Assembly: GCF_055900595.2 (NCBI RefSeq)
Contig: NZ_CM148325.1
DNA: 64,000 nt
Strand: one strand, 5' to 3'
Notes under the pieces: model-generated
Seen by the model: the letters and a program-made list of their open reading frames with translations, nothing else
What the model was told of the DNA's origin: nothing
The model's database searches: none
Shown here: positions 53,513-64,000 of the stretch, in pieces
How the letters are laid out: every line of letters begins with the position of its first letter
Numbering within the stretch: position 1 is the first letter of the stretch
Position numbers and translations under genes: made by a program

Positions 53513-54436
53513 ATGAGTGTTTTATATCCGTTAATTCAGGCGCTGGTGTTATTTGCCGTTGCGCCGCTGCTCTCTGGTATTACCCGCGTGGCGCGCGCCC
53601 GCTTGCATAACCGTCGCGGGCCGGACGTGTTGCAGGAGTATCGCGACATTATCAAACTGCTGGGTCGTCAGAGCGTTGGCCCCGATGCCTCCGGCTGGGT
53701 GTTCCGCCTGACGCCGTATGTGATGGTGGGCGTCATGCTGACTATCGCTACCGCGCTGCCGGTGGTGACCGTCGGTTCTCCGCTGCCGCAACTGGGGGAT
53801 TTGATCACTTTACTGTATCTCTTCGCCATTGCGCGTTTCTTCTTTGCCATTTCTGGTCTGGATACCGGTAGTCCGTTTACTGCTATTGGCGCGAGCCGTG
53901 AAGCGATGCTGGGCGTGCTGGTCGAACCGATGTTGTTGCTTGGTCTGTGGGTCGCCGCGCAGGTGGCTGGTTCCACCAACATCAGCAACATCACCGACAC
54001 CGTTTATCACTGGCCGCTGAGCCAGAGCATTCCGCTGGTGCTGGCGCTCTGTGCCTGCGCATTCGCCACCTTTATCGAAATGGGCAAACTGCCGTTCGAC
54101 CTGGCGGAAGCCGAGCAGGAGCTGCAGGAAGGTCCGCTCTCTGAGTACAGCGGCAGCGGCTTTGGCGTCATGAAATGGGGTATCAGCCTGAAACAGCTGG
54201 TGGTGTTACAGATGTTCGTCGGGGTGTTTATTCCGTGGGGACAAATGGAAACCTTCACTGCCGGTGGGCTGCTGCTGGCGCTGGTGATTGCCATCGTCAA
54301 ACTTGTGGTCGGCGTACTGGTTATCGCGCTGTTCGAAAACAGCATGGCCCGTCTGCGTCTTGATATTACTCCACGCATTACCTGGGCTGGTTTTGGCTTT
54401 GCATTTTTAGCGTTCGTCTCCTTGCTGGCGGCGTGA
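53513..54436 (+). CDS. hycD: Formate hydrogenlyase membrane subunit (NuoH-like)
   Basis: 307 aa membrane protein. Confidence 0.95.
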   Translation: MSVLYPLIQALVLFAVAPLLSGITRVARARLHNRRGPDVLQEYRDIIKLLGRQSVGPDASGWVFRLTPYVMVGVMLTIATALPVVTVGSPLPQLGDLITLLYLFAIARFFFAISGLDTGSPFTAIGASREAMLGVLVEPMLLLGLWVAAQVAGSTNISNITDTVYHWPLSQSIPLVLALCACAFATFIEMGKLPFDLAEAEQELQEGPLSEYSGSGFGVMKWGISLKQLVVLQMFVGVFIPWGQMETFTAGGLLLALVIAIVKLVVGVLVIALFENSMARLRLDITPRITWAGFGFAFLAFVSLLAA

Positions 54437-54453
54437 TTAAAGAGAGTTTGAGC

Positions 54454-56163
54454 ATGTCTGAAGAAAAATTAGGTCAACATTATCTCGCCGCGCTGAATGA
54501 GGCATTTCCGGGCGTCGTGCTGGACCACGCCTGGCAGACCAAAGATCAGCTGACTGTCACCGTGAAGGTGAACTATCTGCCGGAAGTGGTGGAGTTCCTC
54601 TACTACAAGCAGGGGGGCTGGCTGTCGGTGCTGTTTGGTAACGATGAACGCAAACTGAATGGTCATTACGCCGTTTATTACGTGCTGTCGATGGAGAAGG
54701 GCACCAAGTGTTGGATTACGGTTCGCGTCGAAGTTGACGCCAACAAACCAGAATATCCGTCCGTGACGCCGCGCGTTCCGGCGGCGGTGTGGGGCGAGCG
54801 TGAAGTGCGCGATATGTACGGTTTGATTCCGGTAGGGCTTCCGGATGAACGCCGTCTGGTGCTGCCGGATGACTGGCCGGATGAACTCTACCCGCTGCGT
54901 AAAGACAGCATGGATTATCGTCAACGTCCGGCACCAACTACTGATGCTGAAACCTACGAGTTCATCAACGAACTGGGCGACAAGAAAAACAACGTCGTGC
55001 CGATTGGTCCACTGCACGTCACTTCTGACGAACCGGGCCACTTCCGTCTGTTCGTTGATGGCGAAAACATTATCGACGCCGACTACCGCCTGTTCTATGT
55101 CCATCGCGGCATGGAAAAACTGGCGGAAACCCGCATGGGTTACAACGAAGTGACCTTCCTCTCCGACCGTGTGTGCGGGATCTGCGGCTTCGCCCACAGC
55201 ACCGCTTACACCACGTCGGTGGAAAACGCGATGGGTATTCAGGTGCCAGAACGTGCGCAGATGATTCGCGCCATTTTGCTGGAAGTGGAACGCCTGCACT
55301 CGCATCTGCTCAACCTTGGCCTTGCCTGCCACTTCACTGGCTTTGACTCTGGTTTTATGCAGTTCTTCCGCGTGCGTGAAACCTCCATGAAAATGGCGGA
55401 GATCCTTACCGGTGCGCGTAAAACCTACGGCCTGAACCTGATCGGCGGGATTCGTCGCGATCTGCTGAAAGATGACATGATCCAGACCCGTCAACTGGCG
55501 CAGCAGATGCGTCGTGAAGTGCAGGAGCTGGTGGATGTGCTGCTGAGCACACCGAACATGGAACAGCGCACTGTCGGCATTGGTCGTCTGGACCCGGAAA
55601 TTGCCCGCGACTTCAGTAACGTCGGCCCGATGGTCCGCGCCAGTGGTCACGCCCGCGATACCCGCGCCGATCACCCGTTTGTTGGCTATGGCTTACTGCC
55701 AATGGAAGTTCACAGTGAGCAGGGCTGCGATGTGATTTCCCGTCTGAAAGTGCGTATCAACGAAGTCTATACCGCGCTGAACATGATTGACTACGGTCTG
55801 GATAACCTGCCGGGCGGCCCGCTGATGGTGGAAGGCTTTACCTACATTCCGCACCGTTTTGCGCTGGGCTTTGCCGAAGCGCCGCGCGGTGATGATATTC
55901 ACTGGAGCATGACCGGCGACAACCAGAAGCTGTACCGCTGGCGCTGCCGTGCCGCGACCTACGCGAACTGGCCGACCCTGCGCTACATGCTGCGCGGCAA
56001 CACCGTTTCTGATGCGCCGCTGATTATTGGTAGCCTGGACCCTTGCTACTCCTGTACCGACCGCATGACCGTGGTCGATGTGCGTAAGAAGAAGAGCAAA
56101 GTGGTGCCGTACAAAGAACTTGAGCGCTACAGCATTGAGCGTAAAAACTCGCCGCTGAAATAA
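54454..56163 (+). CDS. hycE: Hydrogenase 3 large subunit ([NiFe] catalytic subunit)
   Basis: 569 aa from MSEEKLGQHYLAALNEAFPG; N-terminal RVCGICG and C-terminal DPCYSCTDR Ni-Fe ligand motifs. Confidence 0.95.
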   Translation: MSEEKLGQHYLAALNEAFPGVVLDHAWQTKDQLTVTVKVNYLPEVVEFLYYKQGGWLSVLFGNDERKLNGHYAVYYVLSMEKGTKCWITVRVEVDANKPEYPSVTPRVPAAVWGEREVRDMYGLIPVGLPDERRLVLPDDWPDELYPLRKDSMDYRQRPAPTTDAETYEFINELGDKKNNVVPIGPLHVTSDEPGHFRLFVDGENIIDADYRLFYVHRGMEKLAETRMGYNEVTFLSDRVCGICGFAHSTAYTTSVENAMGIQVPERAQMIRAILLEVERLHSHLLNLGLACHFTGFDSGFMQFFRVRETSMKMAEILTGARKTYGLNLIGGIRRDLLKDDMIQTRQLAQQMRREVQELVDVLLSTPNMEQRTVGIGRLDPEIARDFSNVGPMVRASGHARDTRADHPFVGYGLLPMEVHSEQGCDVISRLKVRINEVYTALNMIDYGLDNLPGGPLMVEGFTYIPHRFALGFAEAPRGDDIHWSMTGDNQKLYRWRCRAATYANWPTLRYMLRGNTVSDAPLIIGSLDPCYSCTDRMTVVDVRKKKSKVVPYKELERYSIERKNSPLK

Positions 56164-56172
56164 GGAATCGCC

Positions 56173-56715
56173 ATGTTTACCTTTATCAAAAAAGTCATCA
56201 AAACCGGCACGGCGACCTCGTCTTACCCGCTGGAGCCGATTGCGGTTGATAAAAACTTCCGTGGTAAGCCAGAGCAGAACCCGCAGCAGTGCATCGGCTG
56301 TGCAGCCTGCGTCAATGCCTGCCCGTCAAACGCCTTAACGGTTGAAACTGATCTCGCCACCGGTGAGCTGGCATGGCAGTTCAATCTCGGTCGCTGCATC
56401 TTCTGTGGACGCTGCGAAGAAGTCTGCCCGACGGCGGCGATCAAACTGTCGCAAGAGTACGAACTGGCGGTGTGGAAGAAAGAAGATTTCCTGCAACAGT
56501 CTCGCTTCGCGCTGTGCAACTGCCGCGTCTGCAATCGTCCTTTCGCCGTCCAGAAAGAGATCGACTACGCCATTGCGCTGCTTAAGCACAATGGTGACAG
56601 CCGTGCGGAAAACCACCGCGAAAGCTTTGAGACTTGCCCGGAATGTAAGCGCCAGAAATGCCTGGTGCCGTCCGACCGTATTGAACTGACTCGCCATATG
56701 AAAGAGGCCATCTGA
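56173..56715 (+). CDS. hycF: Formate hydrogenlyase Fe-S subunit
   Basis: 180 aa, ferredoxin Cys motifs. Confidence 0.95.
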   Translation: MFTFIKKVIKTGTATSSYPLEPIAVDKNFRGKPEQNPQQCIGCAACVNACPSNALTVETDLATGELAWQFNLGRCIFCGRCEEVCPTAAIKLSQEYELAVWKKEDFLQQSRFALCNCRVCNRPFAVQKEIDYAIALLKHNGDSRAENHRESFETCPECKRQKCLVPSDRIELTRHMKEAI

Positions 56716-57482
56716 TGAGCAATTTATTAGGCCCCCGTGACGCCAACGGCATTCCGGTCCCGATGACGGTGGATGAATCCATCGCCAGTATGAAGGCGTC
56801 GTTACTGAAAAAAATCAAACGTTCTGCCTACGTTTACCGCGTGGACTGCGGCGGCTGCAACGGCTGCGAAATTGAAATTTTCGCAACCTTATCGCCGCTG
56901 TTCGATGCAGAACGCTTCGGCATTAAAGTCGTTCCTTCTCCGCGTCATGCGGATATTTTACTGTTTACCGGCGCGGTCACCCGTGCAATGCGATCCCCTG
57001 CGCTGCGTGCGTGGCAGTCCGCGCCGGACCCGAAAATCTGTATCTCCTACGGTGCCTGCGGTAACAGCGGCGGGATCTTCCACGATCTCTACTGCGTGTG
57101 GGGGGGTACGGATAAAATCGTCCCGGTGGATGTCTACATTCCGGGGTGCCCGCCAACGCCAGCCGCCACGCTGTACGGCTTTGCAATGGCGCTCGGCCTG
57201 CTGGAGCAGAAAATTCACGCCCGTGGGCCGGGTGAACTGGATGAACAACCGGCAGAGATCCTGCATGGCGATATGGTGCAGCCGCTGCGTGTAAAAGTAG
57301 ATCGCGAAGCACGCCGCCTGGCGGGTTATCGTTACGGTCGCCAGATTGCCGATGATTTCCTGACGCAGTTAGGGCAGGGTGAAGAGCAGGTTGCACGCTG
57401 GCTGGAAGCGGAAAACGATCCGCGTCTGAACGAGATTGTCAGCCATCTGAATCATGTTGTTGAAGAGGCGCGTATTCGATGA
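56715..57482 (+). CDS. hycG: Hydrogenase 3 small subunit (NuoB-like)
   Basis: 255 aa, [10 protein letters not shown] and GCPP motifs. Confidence 0.95.
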   Translation: MSNLLGPRDANGIPVPMTVDESIASMKASLLKKIKRSAYVYRVDCGGCNGCEIEIFATLSPLFDAERFGIKVVPSPRHADILLFTGAVTRAMRSPALRAWQSAPDPKICISYGACGNSGGIFHDLYCVWGGTDKIVPVDVYIPGCPPTPAATLYGFAMALGLLEQKIHARGPGELDEQPAEILHGDMVQPLRVKVDREARRLAGYRYGRQIADDFLTQLGQGEEQVARWLEAENDPRLNEIVSHLNHVVEEARIR

Positions 57483-57889
57483 GTGAAAAGGTGGTGTTCA
57501 GTCAACTGAGCCGTAAATTTATTGATGAGAACGATGCTACGCCCGCCGAGGCGCAGCAGGTGGTCTATTACAGCCTGGCGATTGGTCACCACCTTGGGGT
57601 TATCGATTGCCTGGAAGCCGCGCTCACCTGCCCGTGGGATGAATATCTGGCATGGATTGCCACTCTGGAGGCGGGCAGTGAAGCCCGCCGTAAAATGGAA
57701 GGCGTGCCGAAATATGGTGAGATCGTTATCGACATTAACCATGTGCCGATGCTGGCCAACGCATTCGATAAAGCCCGGGCAACGCAAACTTCGCAGCAGA
57801 AAGAATGGAGTACCATGCTGTTAAGTATGCTGCATGATATTTATCAGGAAAATGCCATCTATTTGATGGTGAGGAGACTGCGTGACTGA
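57479..57889 (+). CDS. hycH: Formate hydrogenlyase maturation protein HycH
   Basis: 136-aa ORF overlapping hycG; called by position in the hyc operon. Confidence 0.9.
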   Translation: MSEKVVFSQLSRKFIDENDATPAEAQQVVYYSLAIGHHLGVIDCLEAALTCPWDEYLAWIATLEAGSEARRKMEGVPKYGEIVIDINHVPMLANAFDKARATQTSQQKEWSTMLLSMLHDIYQENAIYLMVRRLRD

Positions 57890-58352
57890 CGTTTTACTCT
57901 GTGTTGGCAATAGCATGATGGGCGATGATGGCGCAGGTCCGCTGCTGGCGGAAAAGTGCGCCGCCGCGCCGAAAGGTAACTGGGTGGTGATTGACGGCGG
58001 TAGCGCACCGGAAAACGACATTGTCGCCATCCGTGAACTGCGCCCTACGCGACTGCTGATTGTCGACGCCACTGATATGGGGCTAAACCCCGGCGAGATC
58101 CGCATCATCGACCCGGATGACATCGCCGAGATGTTTATGATGACTACCCATAACATGCCGCTGAACTACCTTATCGACCAGTTAAAAGAAGACATTGGCG
58201 AAGTGATTTTCCTCGGCATCCAGCCGGATATCGTCGGTTTTTACTACCCGATGACCCAGCCGATTAAAGACGCCGTAGAAACCGTTTATCAACGACTTGA
58301 AGGCTGGGAAGGGAATGGTGGATTTGCGCAGTTAGCGGTGGAAGAAGAGTAG
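57882..58352 (+). CDS. hycI: Hydrogenase 3 maturation endopeptidase HycI
   Basis: 156 aa, [22 protein letters not shown], the hydrogenase maturation protease N-terminal motif. Confidence 0.9.
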   Translation: MTDVLLCVGNSMMGDDGAGPLLAEKCAAAPKGNWVVIDGGSAPENDIVAIRELRPTRLLIVDATDMGLNPGEIRIIDPDDIAEMFMMTTHNMPLNYLIDQLKEDIGEVIFLGIQPDIVGFYYPMTQPIKDAVETVYQRLEGWEGNGGFAQLAVEEE

Positions 58353-58376
58353 TTTTTCAGTAAGGAATTCAGGGAA

Positions 58377-59150
58377 TTGAAAATCAGAACAGGGATGTGC
58401 GCTTTTTTATTTTGCTTAGTGCTTCCTGCGCAGGCTACCAGCTTTACCGAATATCTGCCAATGAGTGACAGCGAATACGCGCAAAAGCGGGCGCTGAAAC
58501 CTCTCCTGACTATGCCTTATTATACCGAGCAAACCTGGCATTTTAGAAAAGTGGGCGTTGCTGGCGTGACGCTTGAGAAGATGCCAAATGAAGAGGATTA
58601 CTGGCAATTAACTGCTAAAGACCGCGCCGGTAAATCCTGGAAGGTGCCTGTGGGTATGCTGGCAAATATGGCGGGCAAAGGGCAACTCTATCGCGCCGAT
58701 CTGGATCGTAACGGCATTCAGGATCTGGTTATCTGGTTACCAAGTGCTGGTAATGGTCTGGCTCCTTATGCACATTTAATCCTTATGACGTTCACGCGCG
58801 ATGGTCGTCCCTGTGTCTTTGAACCCTGGGGATTCTACACCGCAAGCAAAACTGGCGTAGATGATTTGCTGGATTTGCAAGGCAATGGCCACACACAATT
58901 GCTGGATATGCAGTTTAATTCTGGTTACTGGATAACCAGTCTGTATCAGGTAAAAGACGCCAAATGGCAACGTGTTCACGGCTGGTTTGGCAAGTTAAGC
59001 TATCCCGCGCTCACGCGTTTCACTTATACCCCCAACCGTAAACTCGTCCTCAAACCCATTGCCGGGCGCGACCCGCAAACGGAAGATCTGGCGTTGACCC
59101 AGCGTTGCTTGATAACAGAGGATATGCTTGATGGGGTGAATCAGCTCTGA
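58377..59150 (+). CDS. Hypothetical exported protein with FG-GAP-like Asp/Gly motifs
   Basis: 257-aa ORF with a signal peptide (CAFLFCLVLPAQA) and DLDRNGIQD / LLDLQGNGHTQLLD motifs. I recall no gene between hycI and ascB in K-12; a REP/BIME cluster follows it. Confidence 0.6.
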   Translation: MKIRTGMCAFLFCLVLPAQATSFTEYLPMSDSEYAQKRALKPLLTMPYYTEQTWHFRKVGVAGVTLEKMPNEEDYWQLTAKDRAGKSWKVPVGMLANMAGKGQLYRADLDRNGIQDLVIWLPSAGNGLAPYAHLILMTFTRDGRPCVFEPWGFYTASKTGVDDLLDLQGNGHTQLLDMQFNSGYWITSLYQVKDAKWQRVHGWFGKLSYPALTRFTYTPNRKLVLKPIAGRDPQTEDLALTQRCLITEDMLDGVNQL

Positions 59151-59166
59151 TGCCAAACGCCAGATT

Positions 59167-59246
59167 GCCCGATGCGCTGCGCTTATCGGGCCTACATGTC
59201 GCACGAACTATGTAGGCCGGATAAGGCGTTCACGCCGCATCCGGCA
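59167..59246. repeat. REP/BIME cluster (two inverted REP units)
   Basis: gcccgatgcgctgcgcttatcgggcctaca and tgtaggccggataaggcgttcacgccgcatccggca. Confidence 0.5.
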
Positions 59247-59253
59247 CGTTTGC

Positions 59254-61835
<2,582 letters not shown>

Positions 61836-62094
61836 CGGATTTTATCCTGTTATCAGTAGGGTAGAGGTAGTTGTTATCAGTCGACGTGACGGGAAATTGC
61901 CGATGCTGAAACGGAATTAAGAAACCGGTTTCACAAAATCATGAATAGTTGATACTGATTAAGCAAGAGAGTTAATTGCTCATTTTTTATATTTGTGAAA
62001 CCGGTCACCTGAATATTTTTCCCGCTGCTTGCACAAGGACAATCAGCCAACGGTGCAGTACACTGCGTTGATTGCGTGTAAAGGGATGAAAATG

Positions 62095-63105
62095 ATGACG
62101 ACAATGCTGGAAGTGGCGAAGCGCGCCGGGGTTTCAAAAGCGACCGTTTCCCGCGTGCTTTCAGGTAATGGCTACGTCAGCCAGGAAACTAAAGATCGCG
62201 TGTTTCAGGCGGTGGAAGAGAGCGGCTACCGCCCAAATTTGCTGGCGCGCAATCTGTCAGCGAAGAGTACCCAGACGCTGGGGCTGGTAGTGACCAACAC
62301 GCTTTACCACGGCATTTATTTTAGTGAATTACTGTTTCATACCGCGAGAATGGCGGAAGAGAAAGGGCGTCAGCTGCTATTGGCAGATGGCAAACATAGC
62401 GCCGAAGAAGAACGCCAGGCGATTCAGTATCTACTGGATCTGCGCTGCGACGCCATTATGATTTACCCGCGCTTTTTAAGCGTGGATGAGATTGATGACA
62501 TCATTGATGCACACAATCAGCCGATAATGGTGCTCAATCGCCGCCTGCGCAAAAACAGTAGCCATAGCGTCTGGTGCGATCATAAACAGACCAGCTTTAA
62601 CGCCGTGGCAGAGTTGATAAACGCCGGACATCAGGAGATTGCTTTCCTTACCGGTTCGATGGATTCCCCCACCAGCATTGAACGCCTTGCCGGATATAAA
62701 GACGCGCTGGCGCAGCATGGTATTGCACTCAATGAAAAACTTATCGCTAACGGTAAATGGACGCCTGCCAGCGGGGCCGAAGGGGTAGAAACGTTGCTCG
62801 AACGTGGTGCTAAATTTAGCGCGTTAGTTGCCAGTAACGACGATATGGCGATAGGTGCGATGAAAGCGTTGCATGACCGTGGTGTAGCGGTGCCGGGGCA
62901 AGTATCGGTTATTGGATTTGATGATATCGCAATTGCCCCCTACACCGTTCCGGCGCTCTCCAGCGTAAAAATTCCGGTGACTGAGATGATTCAGGAAATA
63001 ATTGGGCGGCTGATATTTATGCTCGATGGTGGTGCTTACACACCGCCGAAAACCTTCAGCGGAAAACTGATCCGCCGCGACTCCCTCATTGATCTTTCGC
63101 GATAA
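62095..63105 (+). CDS. ascG: LacI-family repressor of the asc operon
   Basis: 336 aa from MTTMLEVAKRAGVSKATVSRVLSGNGYVS (HTH); the ORF-track start is 22 codons upstream. Confidence 0.9.
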   Translation: MTTMLEVAKRAGVSKATVSRVLSGNGYVSQETKDRVFQAVEESGYRPNLLARNLSAKSTQTLGLVVTNTLYHGIYFSELLFHTARMAEEKGRQLLLADGKHSAEEERQAIQYLLDLRCDAIMIYPRFLSVDEIDDIIDAHNQPIMVLNRRLRKNSSHSVWCDHKQTSFNAVAELINAGHQEIAFLTGSMDSPTSIERLAGYKDALAQHGIALNEKLIANGKWTPASGAEGVETLLERGAKFSALVASNDDMAIGAMKALHDRGVAVPGQVSVIGFDDIAIAPYTVPALSSVKIPVTEMIQEIIGRLIFMLDGGAYTPPKTFSGKLIRRDSLIDLSR

Positions 63106-63253
63106 GCATTGTCATCACATGTCATCGTCACTAGTGTCGATGACATCGTTTTTTCTGCATTGCAGAATTTAATTTCTTTAAATAACAATCAATTAAAAGT
63201 TGGCATGATTTGTGAATGTATCGGCGCATTAACTGTCATTGCTGGAGAATTTG

Positions 63254-63781
63254 ATGAACCGTTTCATCATTGCTGACGCGAGTAAATGTATTGGTTGTCG
63301 TACCTGTGAAGTGGCGTGCGTGGTTTCTCATCAGGAGAATCAGGACTGTGCATCGCTGACCCCGGAAACTTTTTTACCGCGAATCCATGTCATTAAAGGT
63401 GTGAACATTTCCACGGCGACAGTTTGCCGTCAGTGTGAAGATGCACCGTGCGCTAACGTCTGCCCGAATGGTGCTATCAGCCGTGATAAAGGGTTTGTTC
63501 ATGTCATGCAGGAACGTTGCATTGGTTGCAAAACCTGCGTTGTGGCTTGCCCGTATGGTGCGATGGAAGTGGTAGTGCGTCCGGTGATTCGCAACAGCGG
63601 CGCAGGGCTTAACGTACGCGCTGACAAAGCCGAAGCTAATAAATGCGACCTCTGTAACCATCGTGAAGACGGCCCGGCCTGTATGGCTGCTTGCCCGACC
63701 CATGCGCTGATTTGTGTCGATCGTAATAAACTTGAACAACTGAGCGCAGAAAAACGCCGCCGCACGGCGCTAATGTTCTAA
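63254..63781 (+). CDS. hydN: Ferredoxin-like electron-transport protein HydN
   Basis: 175 aa from [22 protein letters not shown]; four Cys clusters. Confidence 0.9.
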
Positions 63782-63933
63782 AAATCTTACAGAACTGTTC
63801 TGGCATCAAAGGAATTCCCGGAAATATTCGTAGAATACGGAGCGGGCGGTATCGCCAACCTGTGACTACCGGATGCGACGCGGTCGTGTCCGGCTGGGCG
63901 GGTTACGCAATTCATGATGGCGGGAATAACTCA

Positions 63934-64000
63934 ATGGCAAAAAACACATCTTGCGGTGTCCAACTGCGTATTCGTGGCAAAGTGCAGGGCGTCGGTTTTC
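63934..64000 (+). CDS. hypF: Carbamoyltransferase HypF, N-terminal fragment (continues beyond window)
   Basis: [22 protein letters not shown], start of the acylphosphatase-like domain; position after hydN. Confidence 0.8.

Noticed and set aside
54469-55674. 401-aa minus-strand ORF
   Set aside because: Entirely antisense to hycE, whose plus-strand product carries the [NiFe] large-subunit motifs; no independent support.

Overview
This window reads as Escherichia coli chromosome (cysJIH / iap / rpoS / mutS / hyc-hyp neighbourhood) from a non-K-12-like lineage, in reverse orientation relative to K-12 numbering. All calls are from reading the sequence and the ORF translations against remembered protein families; no database search was run. 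Gene order: ygcE' - yqcE - ygcWUSRQ / ygcPON - queD - cysJIH - Hok-family toxin - a complete type I-E CRISPR-Cas system (cas3, cse1, cse2, cas7, cas5, cas6e, cas1, cas2, leader, 12-repeat array) - iap - cysDNC - ygbE - ftsB - ispDF - truD - surE - pcm - nlpD - rpoS - variable rpoS-mutS segment (MarR/HosA-like regulator, UbiX-like/UbiD-like/small-subunit decarboxylase operon, PphB-like phosphatase, Sel1-repeat exported protein) - mutS - ygbA - fhlA - hypEDCBA - hycABCDEFGHI - an extra exported-protein ORF - ascBF - ascG - hydN - hypF'. The most interesting items are the CRISPR-Cas locus with its internal repeat polymorphism, the intact Hok-family toxin gene beside cas3, the uncharacterised ygc flavoprotein/ETF island with a CRP site and terminator/antiterminator leader next to a GlpP-like antiterminator gene, the accessory genes at the rpoS-mutS and hycI-ascB junctions, and an ascF that looks about 100 codons short. 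No tRNA, rRNA, IS element or prophage gene was recognised.
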